NCBI GenBank assembly: GCA_965219565.1
Contig: OZ244780.1
Coordinates: 2,476,256 to 2,540,255 of the forward strand
DNA: 64,000 bases
Reading direction: 5' to 3'
Origin: Dehalococcoidia bacterium
Lineage (GTDB): Bacteria > Chloroflexota > Dehalococcoidia > Lucifugimonadales > JAGWBF01
Shown here: positions 10,011 to 19,164 of the stretch, piece after piece
How the letters are laid out: each line of letters opens with the position of its first letter
How positions within the stretch are numbered: position 1 is the first letter of the stretch
Position numbers and translations under genes: made by a program
The notes under the pieces: model-generated
The model's database searches: none
Seen by the model: the letters and a program-made list of their open reading frames with translations, nothing else
Told to the model about the DNA's origin: nothing

Positions 10011-11168
10011 CTAAGCGTGTTCCCAGCTTAGCTCGAACAACTGGTCGAACGCCAAAGCCCAAGGGGGCCTCAAATATCCCAGGGCGTGAACGTCCTGCCG
10101 CCATGCTCCCAGCGGCGAATGCCAGGTGTAGGCTGTCCCGCCGCTGATTTTGCACAACCGGTCCAACACCGACTCCGCCAACCTGGCTATACTCTCCTTG
10201 GCTATCAGAGCGGTGTGACGGGTCTGTGAGCCGTTTTCGGCGGCTTGCATGGCGCCTTCGAAAGCCTGGTTGATAAGCCAGGCGTCCTGCTCGGCGTAGC
10301 TCCATTCCACTTTCTGGAATGCTCTAAGGCCGCTGTCGCTGGCCAGCGAGCTCTTCATCCGCTCCCGTACGTACTCCATAGCGGCGTCCACTACACCGAC
10401 GACCGAGGACAGGAACGCTCCCGCCCCCAGTCCGCCGTTGTCCTGGGCGGCTTTCTCCCGGTCGTAGGCGGGCCAGGCGCAGCGTGTGGCCGGGAAGTCG
10501 GTGAAGTGGAAGGCGTGGCTGTTGGTGGACATCATTCCATGCCCCGCCCAGGGCGCCGTCAGCTTCATGCCTGTAGAACCGTCCCAAGGGACCCCTCGGA
10601 CTTCCAGGAAGAAGTTGTCCATGCCGTCCTCGTCCGCGGGCCTCGCCCGGGTGGTCATAAAGGAGGTGACGCCGGACCCGCTGCCAAAGTGCTTGGCGCC
10701 GTTGAGCAGGTAACGGTGGGGTTCTCCCGTGGTAGAAGCCGTCGCCCGGGTCTTAGCCGTATCGCCTCCGCTGCCCGGCTCGGACACTATCGTTCCCCAC
10801 CAGGCGCCTTCATGAACTGTTTCAAAGACTTCTCGCCGCTGCTTGCTGAAGTCGTCGGTGAAGGGTTCAGGCGCGTTCTGGGGACGCCAGGCAGCCAGCA
10901 CCAGGTGGTGCATCGCGCTGGCCAGCGCCACCGACGGGTCGCCCTTGGCAATGGTCCTGATTACCGTGCATATCGGGCGGACTGACTGGGAATAGCTTTC
11001 CCAAGCGCCTCCAAGGTCTTTCGGCGCCGCCATCAAGTGGTAGCCTATCTCTCGCAGCCGCTGGAAGTCCTCTGGATCAGCCTCGGTCCGCCGTTGGCGT
11101 TCGTCGCGGGTCGCGGCGAAGTCGTGCGCCACGTCGTGGGCCTTGTCCACGATGCTCTGTATGTCCAT
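10011..11168 (-). CDS. acyl-CoA dehydrogenase-fold protein (no canonical C-terminal catalytic Glu motif)
   Basis: 385 aa with ACAD-like N-terminal helical, middle beta and C-terminal helical pattern. Starts 3 nt after the upstream paralog. Confidence 0.65.
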   Translation of the reverse strand: MDIQSIVDKAHDVAHDFAATRDERQRRTEADPEDFQRLREIGYHLMAAPKDLGGAWESYSQSVRPICTVIRTIAKGDPSVALASAMHHLVLAAWRPQNAPEPFTDDFSKQRREVFETVHEGAWWGTIVSEPGSGGDTAKTRATASTTGEPHRYLLNGAKHFGSGSGVTSFMTTRARPADEDGMDNFFLEVRGVPWDGSTGMKLTAPWAGHGMMSTNSHAFHFTDFPATRCAWPAYDREKAAQDNGGLGAGAFLSSVVGVVDAAMEYVRERMKSSLASDSGLRAFQKVEWSYAEQDAWLINQAFEGAMQAAENGSQTRHTALIAKESIARLAESVLDRLCKISGGTAYTWHSPLGAWRQDVHALGYLRPPWALAFDQLFELSWEHA

Positions 11169-11171
11169 GCG

Positions 11172-12350
11172 CTACCCTTCCTGTGCCGGCGGCGGGAAGA
11201 GAATCGGCGTCATGCTCTGGTACGCGGCGTCGTTTGCTATGCCCATTACCACTCCGGCCCGGGCGTCGCGGAAGTAGCGCTCGAAGGGAAGCCTGCCTGC
11301 GAACGCGGTCCCTCCGAACATGGTCATGAGGTCCTGGGTGACCCTGGTGGCCGCTTCCGCGCAGACCACCTTGGCCTGGAAGTAGGGCAGGGCCGACGGG
11401 GAGCGGTCCTGGTCAAAGGCCGACGCTGCCGACAGAAGCAGGGCCCGCGCAGCCTCTATCTGGGCGCTCATCTCCCCCATGCGCCGTTGGTTCAAAACGG
11501 CGTCGATGCGCCGTGCTCCGCTGGGATGAACTCGTCCCGCCTCCTCGACTCCCAGCTCGAACGCGCCTGAGGCGATTCCCAGATAAGCGGCTGCGTAGGT
11601 CAGGGCCAACACAGGGCGGAAGAACCCGGTTGTATCATCCTGCACCTTGTGCTCGGACCCCAGCCGGTATTCCTCAGGCACGAACCCCGAGAAACGCACC
11701 GGGGAGCTGTTGTTGCCCCTCATGCCCAGTCCGGTCCAGGGTTCCACCACTTCCACGTCCATCTCGTTGGCGGCCACGAAGAGAAGAGTCCCGTCGGTCT
11801 GTGGAGTGTCGGCGCCGACTCTGCACCTGAACATATAGTGGGTGGCCTTGCCGGCGGAGGTTACGAAGGACTTGCGAACATTGTCGACCTGGTAGCCTCC
11901 AGGAGCTCTCTCCACAGAGGAACTGTCGCTGGCCGGGGTCCAGTCGGCTCCCTGACCGGAGGACTCGCCTCCGGCGACTGTCGTGAACACCTCGCCCCTG
12001 GACATTGGCTGGACGAACTTGTCCACCTGAAACGGCGTCGGGATGCGGGCTACTATCTCCGCCGCTTCCAGGTGCATTTTGTAGCACATCGCGGTGGACG
12101 GGCATTTCTTGGAAAGCTCCTCCACGACCAGGCACGTGGTGACGAGGTCCTCTCCGAAGCCCCCATGCTCCTTGGACACCCGCAGCGCCCAAAGCCCCTC
12201 TCGTTTGAGAGCGTTCAGCGACTCTTCGGGATATTGGGCGTTGCGGTCCACCTCCGCCGCCCTGGGGGCCAACTCCTGCTGGGCTATGTCGGCGGCGCGC
12301 TCTCTCCATTCTTGTTGTTGAGCAGTTAGGGGGAAGTAGCTCATACTCAT
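11172..12350 (-). CDS. acyl-CoA dehydrogenase-fold protein
   Basis: 392 aa. EHGGFGEDL, C-terminal FGGTAF...[18 protein letters not shown], where Y-E-G is replaced by M-G-I. Confidence 0.7.
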   Translation of the reverse strand: MSMSYFPLTAQQQEWRERAADIAQQELAPRAAEVDRNAQYPEESLNALKREGLWALRVSKEHGGFGEDLVTTCLVVEELSKKCPSTAMCYKMHLEAAEIVARIPTPFQVDKFVQPMSRGEVFTTVAGGESSGQGADWTPASDSSSVERAPGGYQVDNVRKSFVTSAGKATHYMFRCRVGADTPQTDGTLLFVAANEMDVEVVEPWTGLGMRGNNSSPVRFSGFVPEEYRLGSEHKVQDDTTGFFRPVLALTYAAAYLGIASGAFELGVEEAGRVHPSGARRIDAVLNQRRMGEMSAQIEAARALLLSAASAFDQDRSPSALPYFQAKVVCAEAATRVTQDLMTMFGGTAFAGRLPFERYFRDARAGVVMGIANDAAYQSMTPILFPPPAQEG

Positions 12351-12416
12351 TCCTTGCTCTTCAAGTTGTCAATCGGTTATACCCGATCGGTCTAGTCGGC
12401 TAACCCTCTATCCGGG

Positions 12417-13736
12417 CTACGGTTCTTTCGGCAGGTCGTCCTCCCAATGGGGTGTGAGCAGCTTGGACGTGGCAGGCAGTATCAGGATGGAAAGACCGCC
12501 TATCATGCTCAGTATGAACGAAAGCGCGACGGTCCAATGGTAGGTGCCCGATAGGTCCCAAGCCAACCCGCCCAGTCCCGCTCCAGCCGCCATCCCTATG
12601 CCCGCTCCCAGCATTTGCCATCCATAGGTGACTCCTATGGGCGCCGTGAGCCCGTAGTATTGCCGGTTGATGATGGGAAAGGCGCTCATCTCGCCGCCGA
12701 AACCTATGCCAAACAGCACTGCGAACAGGTAGAACTGCCAGGCATCCTGAGCCACAAACAATATCAACACAGGCAGCGCTTGGAGGAAGAAGCATGCCGC
12801 CATTACCCCCTTGCTGCCTATGCGGTCGGCGGTGACGGGTACGACGAACCGGGTGGCGGTGCTTGCCAGTGACATGACCATGAAGGTCCCCGCGGCCATC
12901 TCCAAGGACAGTCCCTGCGCTCTCGCGATGGCCACCATGTACACGAGTACGATGGCGTGTCCAGCGCAACCCCAGAAGTGGATCCCGATAAGGTTCCAGA
13001 AAGCGCCCGTCCGTTGGGCGTGGCGTAGGAAGGTCGCCACCTGAACCTTGGATTCCTTCCCTTTCTTTCTGATGCGTTGCACAGGCTCGTCGGGTTCCGC
13101 CCCCAGAGGCTTCATGTCCAGGTCGGCAGGTTCGCTGTGGAACAACCTGACCATCAGCAACAGAAGTACGCCGCCAACGATTCCCGGACCCCAGAAAGCC
13201 CACTTGAGTCCAAAATCGTCCAGCAACCAGAGTATCAATGGAACGCTGACAAAGGGACCCACTCCCTGGGACGCCTGCAAAGCCCCCATGCCGACTCCCA
13301 ACCTCTTCTTGAACCAGAGGCTTACACCCACCATCAACGGCACCCCGAACACCGCCATTGCGGCAGAGAGAAGCACTCCGAAATAGAGGTAGAACTGCCA
13401 CAGCTCCGTCATAGTGCCGGTGAGCATCATGGCTACGATGAACAGAAGAGCGCCCACGGCCATAGTGGGACGGGCCCCAAAGCGATCCCCCAGCCATCCT
13501 GCCGGAGGACCGAAAACACCGGAAAATATCCACTGTAGGCTGAACGCGGCCCCGACGGCTCCGTAGCTCCAGCCCAAGCCGTCGGAATCGACGAGGACCG
13601 GCACCAGAACGCTGGATGCAGAGCGGGTGGCAGAGCTGGTCAACCTCATCCCCACAGCCACGATGACCATTATCCAGGCGTAATGGACCCCTAACGCCGC
13701 GGCGATCTTTGGCTGGGTCTGGTTAACAACGCTCAA
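12417..13736 (-). CDS. MFS transporter
   Basis: 439 aa with about 12 predicted hydrophobic helices, GWLGDRFGARP loop motif, and a central hydrophilic loop. Confidence 0.8.
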   Translation of the reverse strand: MSVVNQTQPKIAAALGVHYAWIMVIVAVGMRLTSSATRSASSVLVPVLVDSDGLGWSYGAVGAAFSLQWIFSGVFGPPAGWLGDRFGARPTMAVGALLFIVAMMLTGTMTELWQFYLYFGVLLSAAMAVFGVPLMVGVSLWFKKRLGVGMGALQASQGVGPFVSVPLILWLLDDFGLKWAFWGPGIVGGVLLLLMVRLFHSEPADLDMKPLGAEPDEPVQRIRKKGKESKVQVATFLRHAQRTGAFWNLIGIHFWGCAGHAIVLVYMVAIARAQGLSLEMAAGTFMVMSLASTATRFVVPVTADRIGSKGVMAACFFLQALPVLILFVAQDAWQFYLFAVLFGIGFGGEMSAFPIINRQYYGLTAPIGVTYGWQMLGAGIGMAAGAGLGGLAWDLSGTYHWTVALSFILSMIGGLSILILPATSKLLTPHWEDDLPKEP

Positions 13737-13878
13737 TAAACGAACCTCGGAAAGTCAATCGAATTGTACAGTAGCTCCGTTGGCATGTCCAAGAACCGTC
13801 GTATCGGGCCTCGCTGCGTGGTCAAACCAGGGCCGCCATGATACAATCGGGATGGAACATGTACTCAGGGAGGCAAGT

Positions 13879-14190
13879 ATGGCCGAATCTGCGATCACGA
13901 CCGATGAAGTCACCGAAGCCCTCAAGGGTGTGTACGACCCGGAAATCCCGGTCAATGTTGTGGACTTGGGCCTGATATACGACGTCGAGGTCGCCGAGGG
14001 CAACGTCTTCGTCACCATGACTTTGACGGCTCCTGGGTGCGGAATGGGGCCTTTCATCGCCCAACAGGCCGAGTGGGCCATCGCCGAGTTGGAAGGCGTA
14101 GAAGACGTGCAGGTTGAGATGACCTTCGAGCCGCCCTGGAGTCCCGAGCTCATCTCCGAAGACGGCAAGAAACTGCTGGGGCTGGACTAG
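13879..14190 (+). CDS. DUF59 / SufT-like Fe-S cluster assembly protein
   Basis: ALKGVYDPEIPVNVVDLGLIYDV...TMTLTAPGCGMG. GGGAGG RBS at 13867-13872 supports the ATG at 13879 over the tracked start 13780. Confidence 0.8.
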   Translation: MAESAITTDEVTEALKGVYDPEIPVNVVDLGLIYDVEVAEGNVFVTMTLTAPGCGMGPFIAQQAEWAIAELEGVEDVQVEMTFEPPWSPELISEDGKKLLGLD

Positions 14191-14195
14191 CCTGT

Positions 14196-15011
14196 ATGAC
14201 GACTCCTACGCCTCAGGAACAGGCCCGCCTCGAAGCCATCAAGAAGTCCTGGCAGCAGAAGCGCCAGATAAACCAGCGTCTTGGCCAGATAAAGACCAAG
14301 TTGGCCGTGTACAGCGGCAAGGGCGGAGTGGGCAAGACGACCGTGGCGGTAAACCTCGCCACAGCTCTGGCCAGCCAGGGCAAGAAGGTCGGCCTGCTGG
14401 ACGTGGACATCGATTGCCCCAACGTCACCAAGGCCCTTGGCATCAAGGACAAACCCGAATACGTGAACGGGGAGATCAATCCCGCTCAAGTTCACGGCGT
14501 CAAAGTGGTGTCTATGGCCTTCTTCCAGGAAAACGAGGAAGAGGCCATCATCTGGCGCGGGCCGATGATCCACAACGCCATAAACCAATTCCTTCAGATG
14601 ACCAACTGGGGAGACGTGGAATACCTGGTGGTGGACCTACCGCCGGGCACTTCAGACGCTCCCCTTACCGTAATGCAGGCTCTGCCCCTGGACGGCTTCA
14701 TTGTGGTCACCACTCCCCAACACCTGGCCAACCTGGACGCCAAACGCTGCATCAACATGATTCGCAAGCTGAAGGTCAACGTCCTGGGAGTCGTGGAAAA
14801 CTACACCGGGGAGATGTTCGGGGAGGGGTCAGGCAAGGAACTCGCCACAGAGATGGAACTGCCCTTCTTGGGTTCCATTGCCATGAGGTCAGACTACAGA
14901 GACACTTCCAAGCCCACGGCGCTCCGCAACAAAGACGTCATGGCGGAGTACGAAGGCGTCTTGAAGAACGTGAAGGCCAGCCTGGAGCAGTTGGGCCTAC
15001 AGGCCGCGTAA
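14196..15011 (+). CDS. Mrp/NBP35 (ApbC) family ATP-binding Fe-S cluster carrier
   Basis: Deviant Walker A SGKGGVGKTT, LDVDIDCPN, DLPPGTSD. Directly follows the DUF59 gene. Confidence 0.85.
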   Translation: MTTPTPQEQARLEAIKKSWQQKRQINQRLGQIKTKLAVYSGKGGVGKTTVAVNLATALASQGKKVGLLDVDIDCPNVTKALGIKDKPEYVNGEINPAQVHGVKVVSMAFFQENEEEAIIWRGPMIHNAINQFLQMTNWGDVEYLVVDLPPGTSDAPLTVMQALPLDGFIVVTTPQHLANLDAKRCINMIRKLKVNVLGVVENYTGEMFGEGSGKELATEMELPFLGSIAMRSDYRDTSKPTALRNKDVMAEYEGVLKNVKASLEQLGLQAA

Positions 15012-15012
15012 G

Positions 15013-16821
15013 TTAATCGGCGGCGACCTGCTCTTTCGCCCGCTTCCTGCCCTTTTTCGACCTTCCGCCGGTTTCCTTCTCTACGATGTGCTGAAGCAGC
15101 GAGACCTCTCTCCGCCTAGCCGCCTCGTAGTAAGCCGAGCTTTCCCCCATCTTGCGGAACTTCCGGTAGCGGTTCTTGAGCAGCTTCTTCATGCTGGTCT
15201 TGCCCAGTAAGTCCAGATTCCGGGTGATGGCTTCCGCCAGTTCGCTGGCAGCGGCGGACTTGTCGGTATGGGCGCCCTCGTCGGGTTCAGTCACCACCTC
15301 GTCGATAAGGCCCAACTCCTTGCAGTCATAGGCCGTTAGGACCAACTCTTCCGGCTCCGTCTGGTTCCTGACAAGCCCTTTGTGGAGTCGGCTGGGCGTC
15401 GGGGCCGTGGGAGCGGGAGTGAACACTGCATACCGCTGCATCAATATGGAATCGGCGATGCCCAGGGCCAGCGCCGCCTCGCTGCCGCCTTCGCCTACGA
15501 TTGCCGACACGATAGGAGTCGGAGCCTCGGCCATGAGCGACAACGTGGTCGCCACTGCGTTCCCCACGCCTTGCTCCTCCGATTCCAGCCCCGGATGGGC
15601 GCCCTGGGTGTCTACTAAGGTCACCACAGGCAGTTGGAACCTGGAGGCCAGGTCCACCAATCTCCGGGCCTTTCTGAAGCCCTCGGGATAGGTATGGTAC
15701 TTGTTGCTGCGTCCTCCCCGCGTCCTGTCCTGGCCTATTATCACCACAGGCCCCCCGTTGAGGTGCCCAAGGCCGCCCACCATGGTGGTGTCGTCTCCGC
15801 TTACGCGATCACCCTTCAGCTCGAAGAAGTCGTCCACCATCTCTTGTATGTATGAGCGGGCGGTGGGCCTGCGAGGGTGTCGGGCCATCTTCAGGGAGCG
15901 CGCCGGGTCGGCGGCGCCGTTGGACGGCTGGTCTTGCTTCTTCTTCCACTTCCGGGAACCGTTGCTCTGCCGATCGGTCCCCAGTATTTCCAAGATGGTC
16001 TTGAGGCGATCTCTCAGGGCGTCTCGCGGGACTATGTTGTCGATGAGGCCGCCCTTCATGTGGGCCTCGGCGGTGTGAGCGTCGGGCGGGACAGGCTTGC
16101 GGGATTCTTCTTTCAGAGTTCTCATAGGCGCCAAGCCTATCAGGGAGCCGGGTTCGGCAAGGATGACGTCGGCCAGGTTGGCAAAGCTGGCGTATGCCTG
16201 CCCTGTCGAGGGATTGGACAGCACCACTATGAAGGGGATCTGCTTGTCCCTAAGCCTGTTGGCGGCGGCCACGGTCTTCGCCATTTGAAGCAGAGAAAGC
16301 ACCCCTTCCTGCATCCGGGCGCCGCCTCCGTTTACCAGCGCCACAAAGGGCGTCCCGTTCTTGGCGGCGATCTCAAAAGCTTGGGCGACCTTCTCTCCGA
16401 CCACGCTGCCCATACTGCCGCCCATGAAACCGAAGTCCAGCACGGCAATGTAAGTCTTGATTTCACCAATGGTGCATCGTCCGGTTATGCACGCCTCGGT
16501 CAGCCCTGTGCGTGTCTGGTCTTGTGAGAGAAGGTTAGGATAGGCCGTCTTGCGTGACAGAGACTCTGGGCCGACGGACGACATGGCCCGGTTTGTCTCT
16601 TTGAAGCTGCCATCGTCCACCAACAGCGCGATGCGTTCTCTGGCGGTCAATGCGTAGTGGAAGCGGCAGTGGGGGCATATCCGGTAGGTCAAGTACACCG
16701 AAGACTCGCCGATGGCCTCATCGCAGGCAAGGCAGTGGTCCCTGACTATGGACAGGTAAGACCTGTTCAGGGTTTTGCCCCGATGGAGCAGGCGCACCAA
16801 CGAGTTGGAAAGGTTTCTCAC
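15013..16821 (-). CDS. acetyl-CoA carboxylase carboxyltransferase, fused beta (AccD) and alpha (AccA) subunits
   Basis: 602 aa. N-terminal AccD zinc ribbon CLACDE...CPHCRFHY and GGSMG motif, a basic linker, then an AccA-like half (PVVTLVDTQGAHPG, GEGGSEAALA). Confidence 0.8.
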   Translation of the reverse strand: MRNLSNSLVRLLHRGKTLNRSYLSIVRDHCLACDEAIGESSVYLTYRICPHCRFHYALTARERIALLVDDGSFKETNRAMSSVGPESLSRKTAYPNLLSQDQTRTGLTEACITGRCTIGEIKTYIAVLDFGFMGGSMGSVVGEKVAQAFEIAAKNGTPFVALVNGGGARMQEGVLSLLQMAKTVAAANRLRDKQIPFIVVLSNPSTGQAYASFANLADVILAEPGSLIGLAPMRTLKEESRKPVPPDAHTAEAHMKGGLIDNIVPRDALRDRLKTILEILGTDRQSNGSRKWKKKQDQPSNGAADPARSLKMARHPRRPTARSYIQEMVDDFFELKGDRVSGDDTTMVGGLGHLNGGPVVIIGQDRTRGGRSNKYHTYPEGFRKARRLVDLASRFQLPVVTLVDTQGAHPGLESEEQGVGNAVATTLSLMAEAPTPIVSAIVGEGGSEAALALGIADSILMQRYAVFTPAPTAPTPSRLHKGLVRNQTEPEELVLTAYDCKELGLIDEVVTEPDEGAHTDKSAAASELAEAITRNLDLLGKTSMKKLLKNRYRKFRKMGESSAYYEAARRREVSLLQHIVEKETGGRSKKGRKRAKEQVAAD

Positions 16822-16950
16822 AGGACTTCCGTTCTCGGATTCGGCTTCCGGGGAATGGAAAGCCTTGTTTCTTATGTTACATGGTGTCTCTGAATAAAGA
16901 AATGGAAAACGACTCTAATGTTACGAATTTCTCCGTTATGTCATCCTTTG

Positions 16951-19164
16951 CTATCCGTCCGAGGAAGCTCCGACCTGGCTCATGGCCGGGCTTTGCGACC
17001 CGGAGATGAGGCCCTCTTCGTTCAGCAGGTTCACCAGTTCCACAGCACGGGTGTACCCGATGCGCAGCCTGCGTTGCAGAAGTGACGGGGTGACCGTCCC
17101 GGACCTCTCGGCTATCTCGCGGGCCTGTTCCAATAAGTCATAATCGTCCACGTCGGGTTCCGGCGCCTGCACGTCGCTCTCGGACATGGAAATCTCCGGC
17201 AGCGGAGGACCGGTCTGCGTTTTCCAGAAGTCCACAACGGCTTCTATCTCAGCGTCGGACACGTAGGCGCCCTGCACCCTGATTGGCTTCGGAGAGTCGG
17301 AGGTCAGCAGAAGGGCGTCTCCCTTGCCCAGCAGTTTCTCGGCGCCCACGGCATCCAGTATCACCCTGGAGTCCACCTGGGACGCCACTGCAAAGGCTAC
17401 TCTTGCAGGAATGTTGGCCTTCAGCAGCCCCGTCACTACATTCACCGACGGCCGCTGGGTGGCAAGAATGAGGTGAATGCCCGTAGCCCGTCCCAGTTGG
17501 GCAAGGCGGACCAGAGCCTGCTCCACTTCATAGGCCGCCGCCATCATCAGGTCCGCAAGCTCGTCTATGATAATTACGAAGAAGGGCATGTGCTCCGAGG
17601 CTTTGCGGTTGTAGGCCTCCAGATTGCGGGCGCCTACCTCCTCCAGCTTCTTGTAGCGGCGCAGCATTTCGCTCTGGGCCGCCTTCAATACGGCCAACAC
17701 GTCATCCGTGTCGACGATAACGGGAGTCACCAAATGGGGAATCCCGTTAAAGGGGGTCAGCTCCACCCTCTTCGGGTCCACCATCACCATTCTCAGCTTG
17801 TCTGGCGGGCAGGTCATCAACAGAGACGCCACGATGGTGTTGATGCATACGCTCTTGCCGCTTCCGGTGGCTCCGGCGATGAGCAAGTGAGGCAGGGAAC
17901 TCAGGTCCGAGGCCACGGGTTCGCCCGCCGTGTCTTCTCCCAGGGCAATGGGCAGGGAGTCCTTGGCGGCAATCTTCCGGAAGCGGTCACTCTCAGCCAC
18001 CGACCTAAGGGCGACGGTGCGCGGGTGGGGGTTGGGGACCTCCAGGCCCACCAGCGCCTCTCCTGGCACCGGGGCTTCGATTCGCAGGTGGGGAGTCTTC
18101 AGCGCCAATGCCAGGTCCTTCTCCCTCACTAAAATACTCTGGACCTTGACCCGACTCATCTCTGAGGGTTCGCCGGTGTCTTTGCCGACTCGCTTGTTGT
18201 CCCTGTGCTTCTTGACCCACCCGGGAACCAGGCCGAACCTTATGACGCGTGGACCGGTCCTGACATCGTCCACGGCTACGTCGACACGGTGGTCGGCCAG
18301 GGTTTCCTCGATGTGGCGGGACATCTGGTCCAGTATGGCTTCGTGGAGCGGCCGGTCCTCTCCGGGAGTGAGCATATCCATAGGAGGAAGGCTCCAGCCG
18401 AATTTCTTCGACGCCGGCCCTGCTTTGTCCTTGGGCGTGGACACCGCCGCAGTCTGGGTTTGGTCATGGCCGTTGGACGACGTAGGTCCTGGGCCCGCAT
18501 ATTCCGGGTGGACCGCCCGTGAGCCTGTAAGGTCGGCGGCTGTCCCGTCGCGGCCGAATGCCTTTCTAGCGGTCGCCGCCGTTGCAGCGACAGCACCGCG
18601 GGACAGGCGAGACACCTGAACCCATGCCCACTGGCCAACCCGTTTGTAGACCGGCCCCGCCCATTTGGGATGCACCAGAAGCGGAGCGGCCAACACAACG
18701 GCGGCAATCTTCAGGGCGGCCAGGGCGAGGGGCCGTCCACCCAGGTATTGGCTCCAATCACCTCCGAGTGACGCGGTCTCCATAACGCCACTGGAGCCGT
18801 TTATGATCGAGAGCGCCTGTAGGCTGACGATCACGGCTAATGCCGATGCAATCCACAGCCTCCAACCTGAGACGATATAGTTTGCCCTCCATCGCGCGAC
18901 AAAGAAGAAAAGTGTGGTCCAAAGGATGACCGGAATCCATCCGTACCCAAGAGCCCGCAGTTCCCAGTCCTGGGCTTTGGGCCATAGCGCCAGGGTCAAG
19001 ACCATAGCCAGGGGCAGAAGCAGAGCGGGCAGGTAACCTTTGTTGTACCGGAGGAACCAACGGACCCCGGAGCGCTCCTTGAGCTTCGACCGTTGTCGGT
19101 TGTTCCTGTTGGACCTTCTTGAGGAAACCGTGTTAGAAGTAGCCAATCTACACCTCCAGGGCAA
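16951..19164 (-). CDS. ftsK: DNA translocase FtsK/SpoIIIE
   Basis: 737 aa. N-terminal membrane helices, Walker A GATGSGKS, IIIDELADLMM, ATQRPSV, C-terminal gamma-domain-like SLLQRRLRIGYTRA. The exact start is uncertain, since the tracked start overlaps the rnj stop by 17 nt. Confidence 0.85.
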   Translation of the reverse strand: MPWRCRLATSNTVSSRRSNRNNRQRSKLKERSGVRWFLRYNKGYLPALLLPLAMVLTLALWPKAQDWELRALGYGWIPVILWTTLFFFVARWRANYIVSGWRLWIASALAVIVSLQALSIINGSSGVMETASLGGDWSQYLGGRPLALAALKIAAVVLAAPLLVHPKWAGPVYKRVGQWAWVQVSRLSRGAVAATAATARKAFGRDGTAADLTGSRAVHPEYAGPGPTSSNGHDQTQTAAVSTPKDKAGPASKKFGWSLPPMDMLTPGEDRPLHEAILDQMSRHIEETLADHRVDVAVDDVRTGPRVIRFGLVPGWVKKHRDNKRVGKDTGEPSEMSRVKVQSILVREKDLALALKTPHLRIEAPVPGEALVGLEVPNPHPRTVALRSVAESDRFRKIAAKDSLPIALGEDTAGEPVASDLSSLPHLLIAGATGSGKSVCINTIVASLLMTCPPDKLRMVMVDPKRVELTPFNGIPHLVTPVIVDTDDVLAVLKAAQSEMLRRYKKLEEVGARNLEAYNRKASEHMPFFVIIIDELADLMMAAAYEVEQALVRLAQLGRATGIHLILATQRPSVNVVTGLLKANIPARVAFAVASQVDSRVILDAVGAEKLLGKGDALLLTSDSPKPIRVQGAYVSDAEIEAVVDFWKTQTGPPLPEISMSESDVQAPEPDVDDYDLLEQAREIAERSGTVTPSLLQRRLRIGYTRAVELVNLLNEEGLISGSQSPAMSQVGASSDG

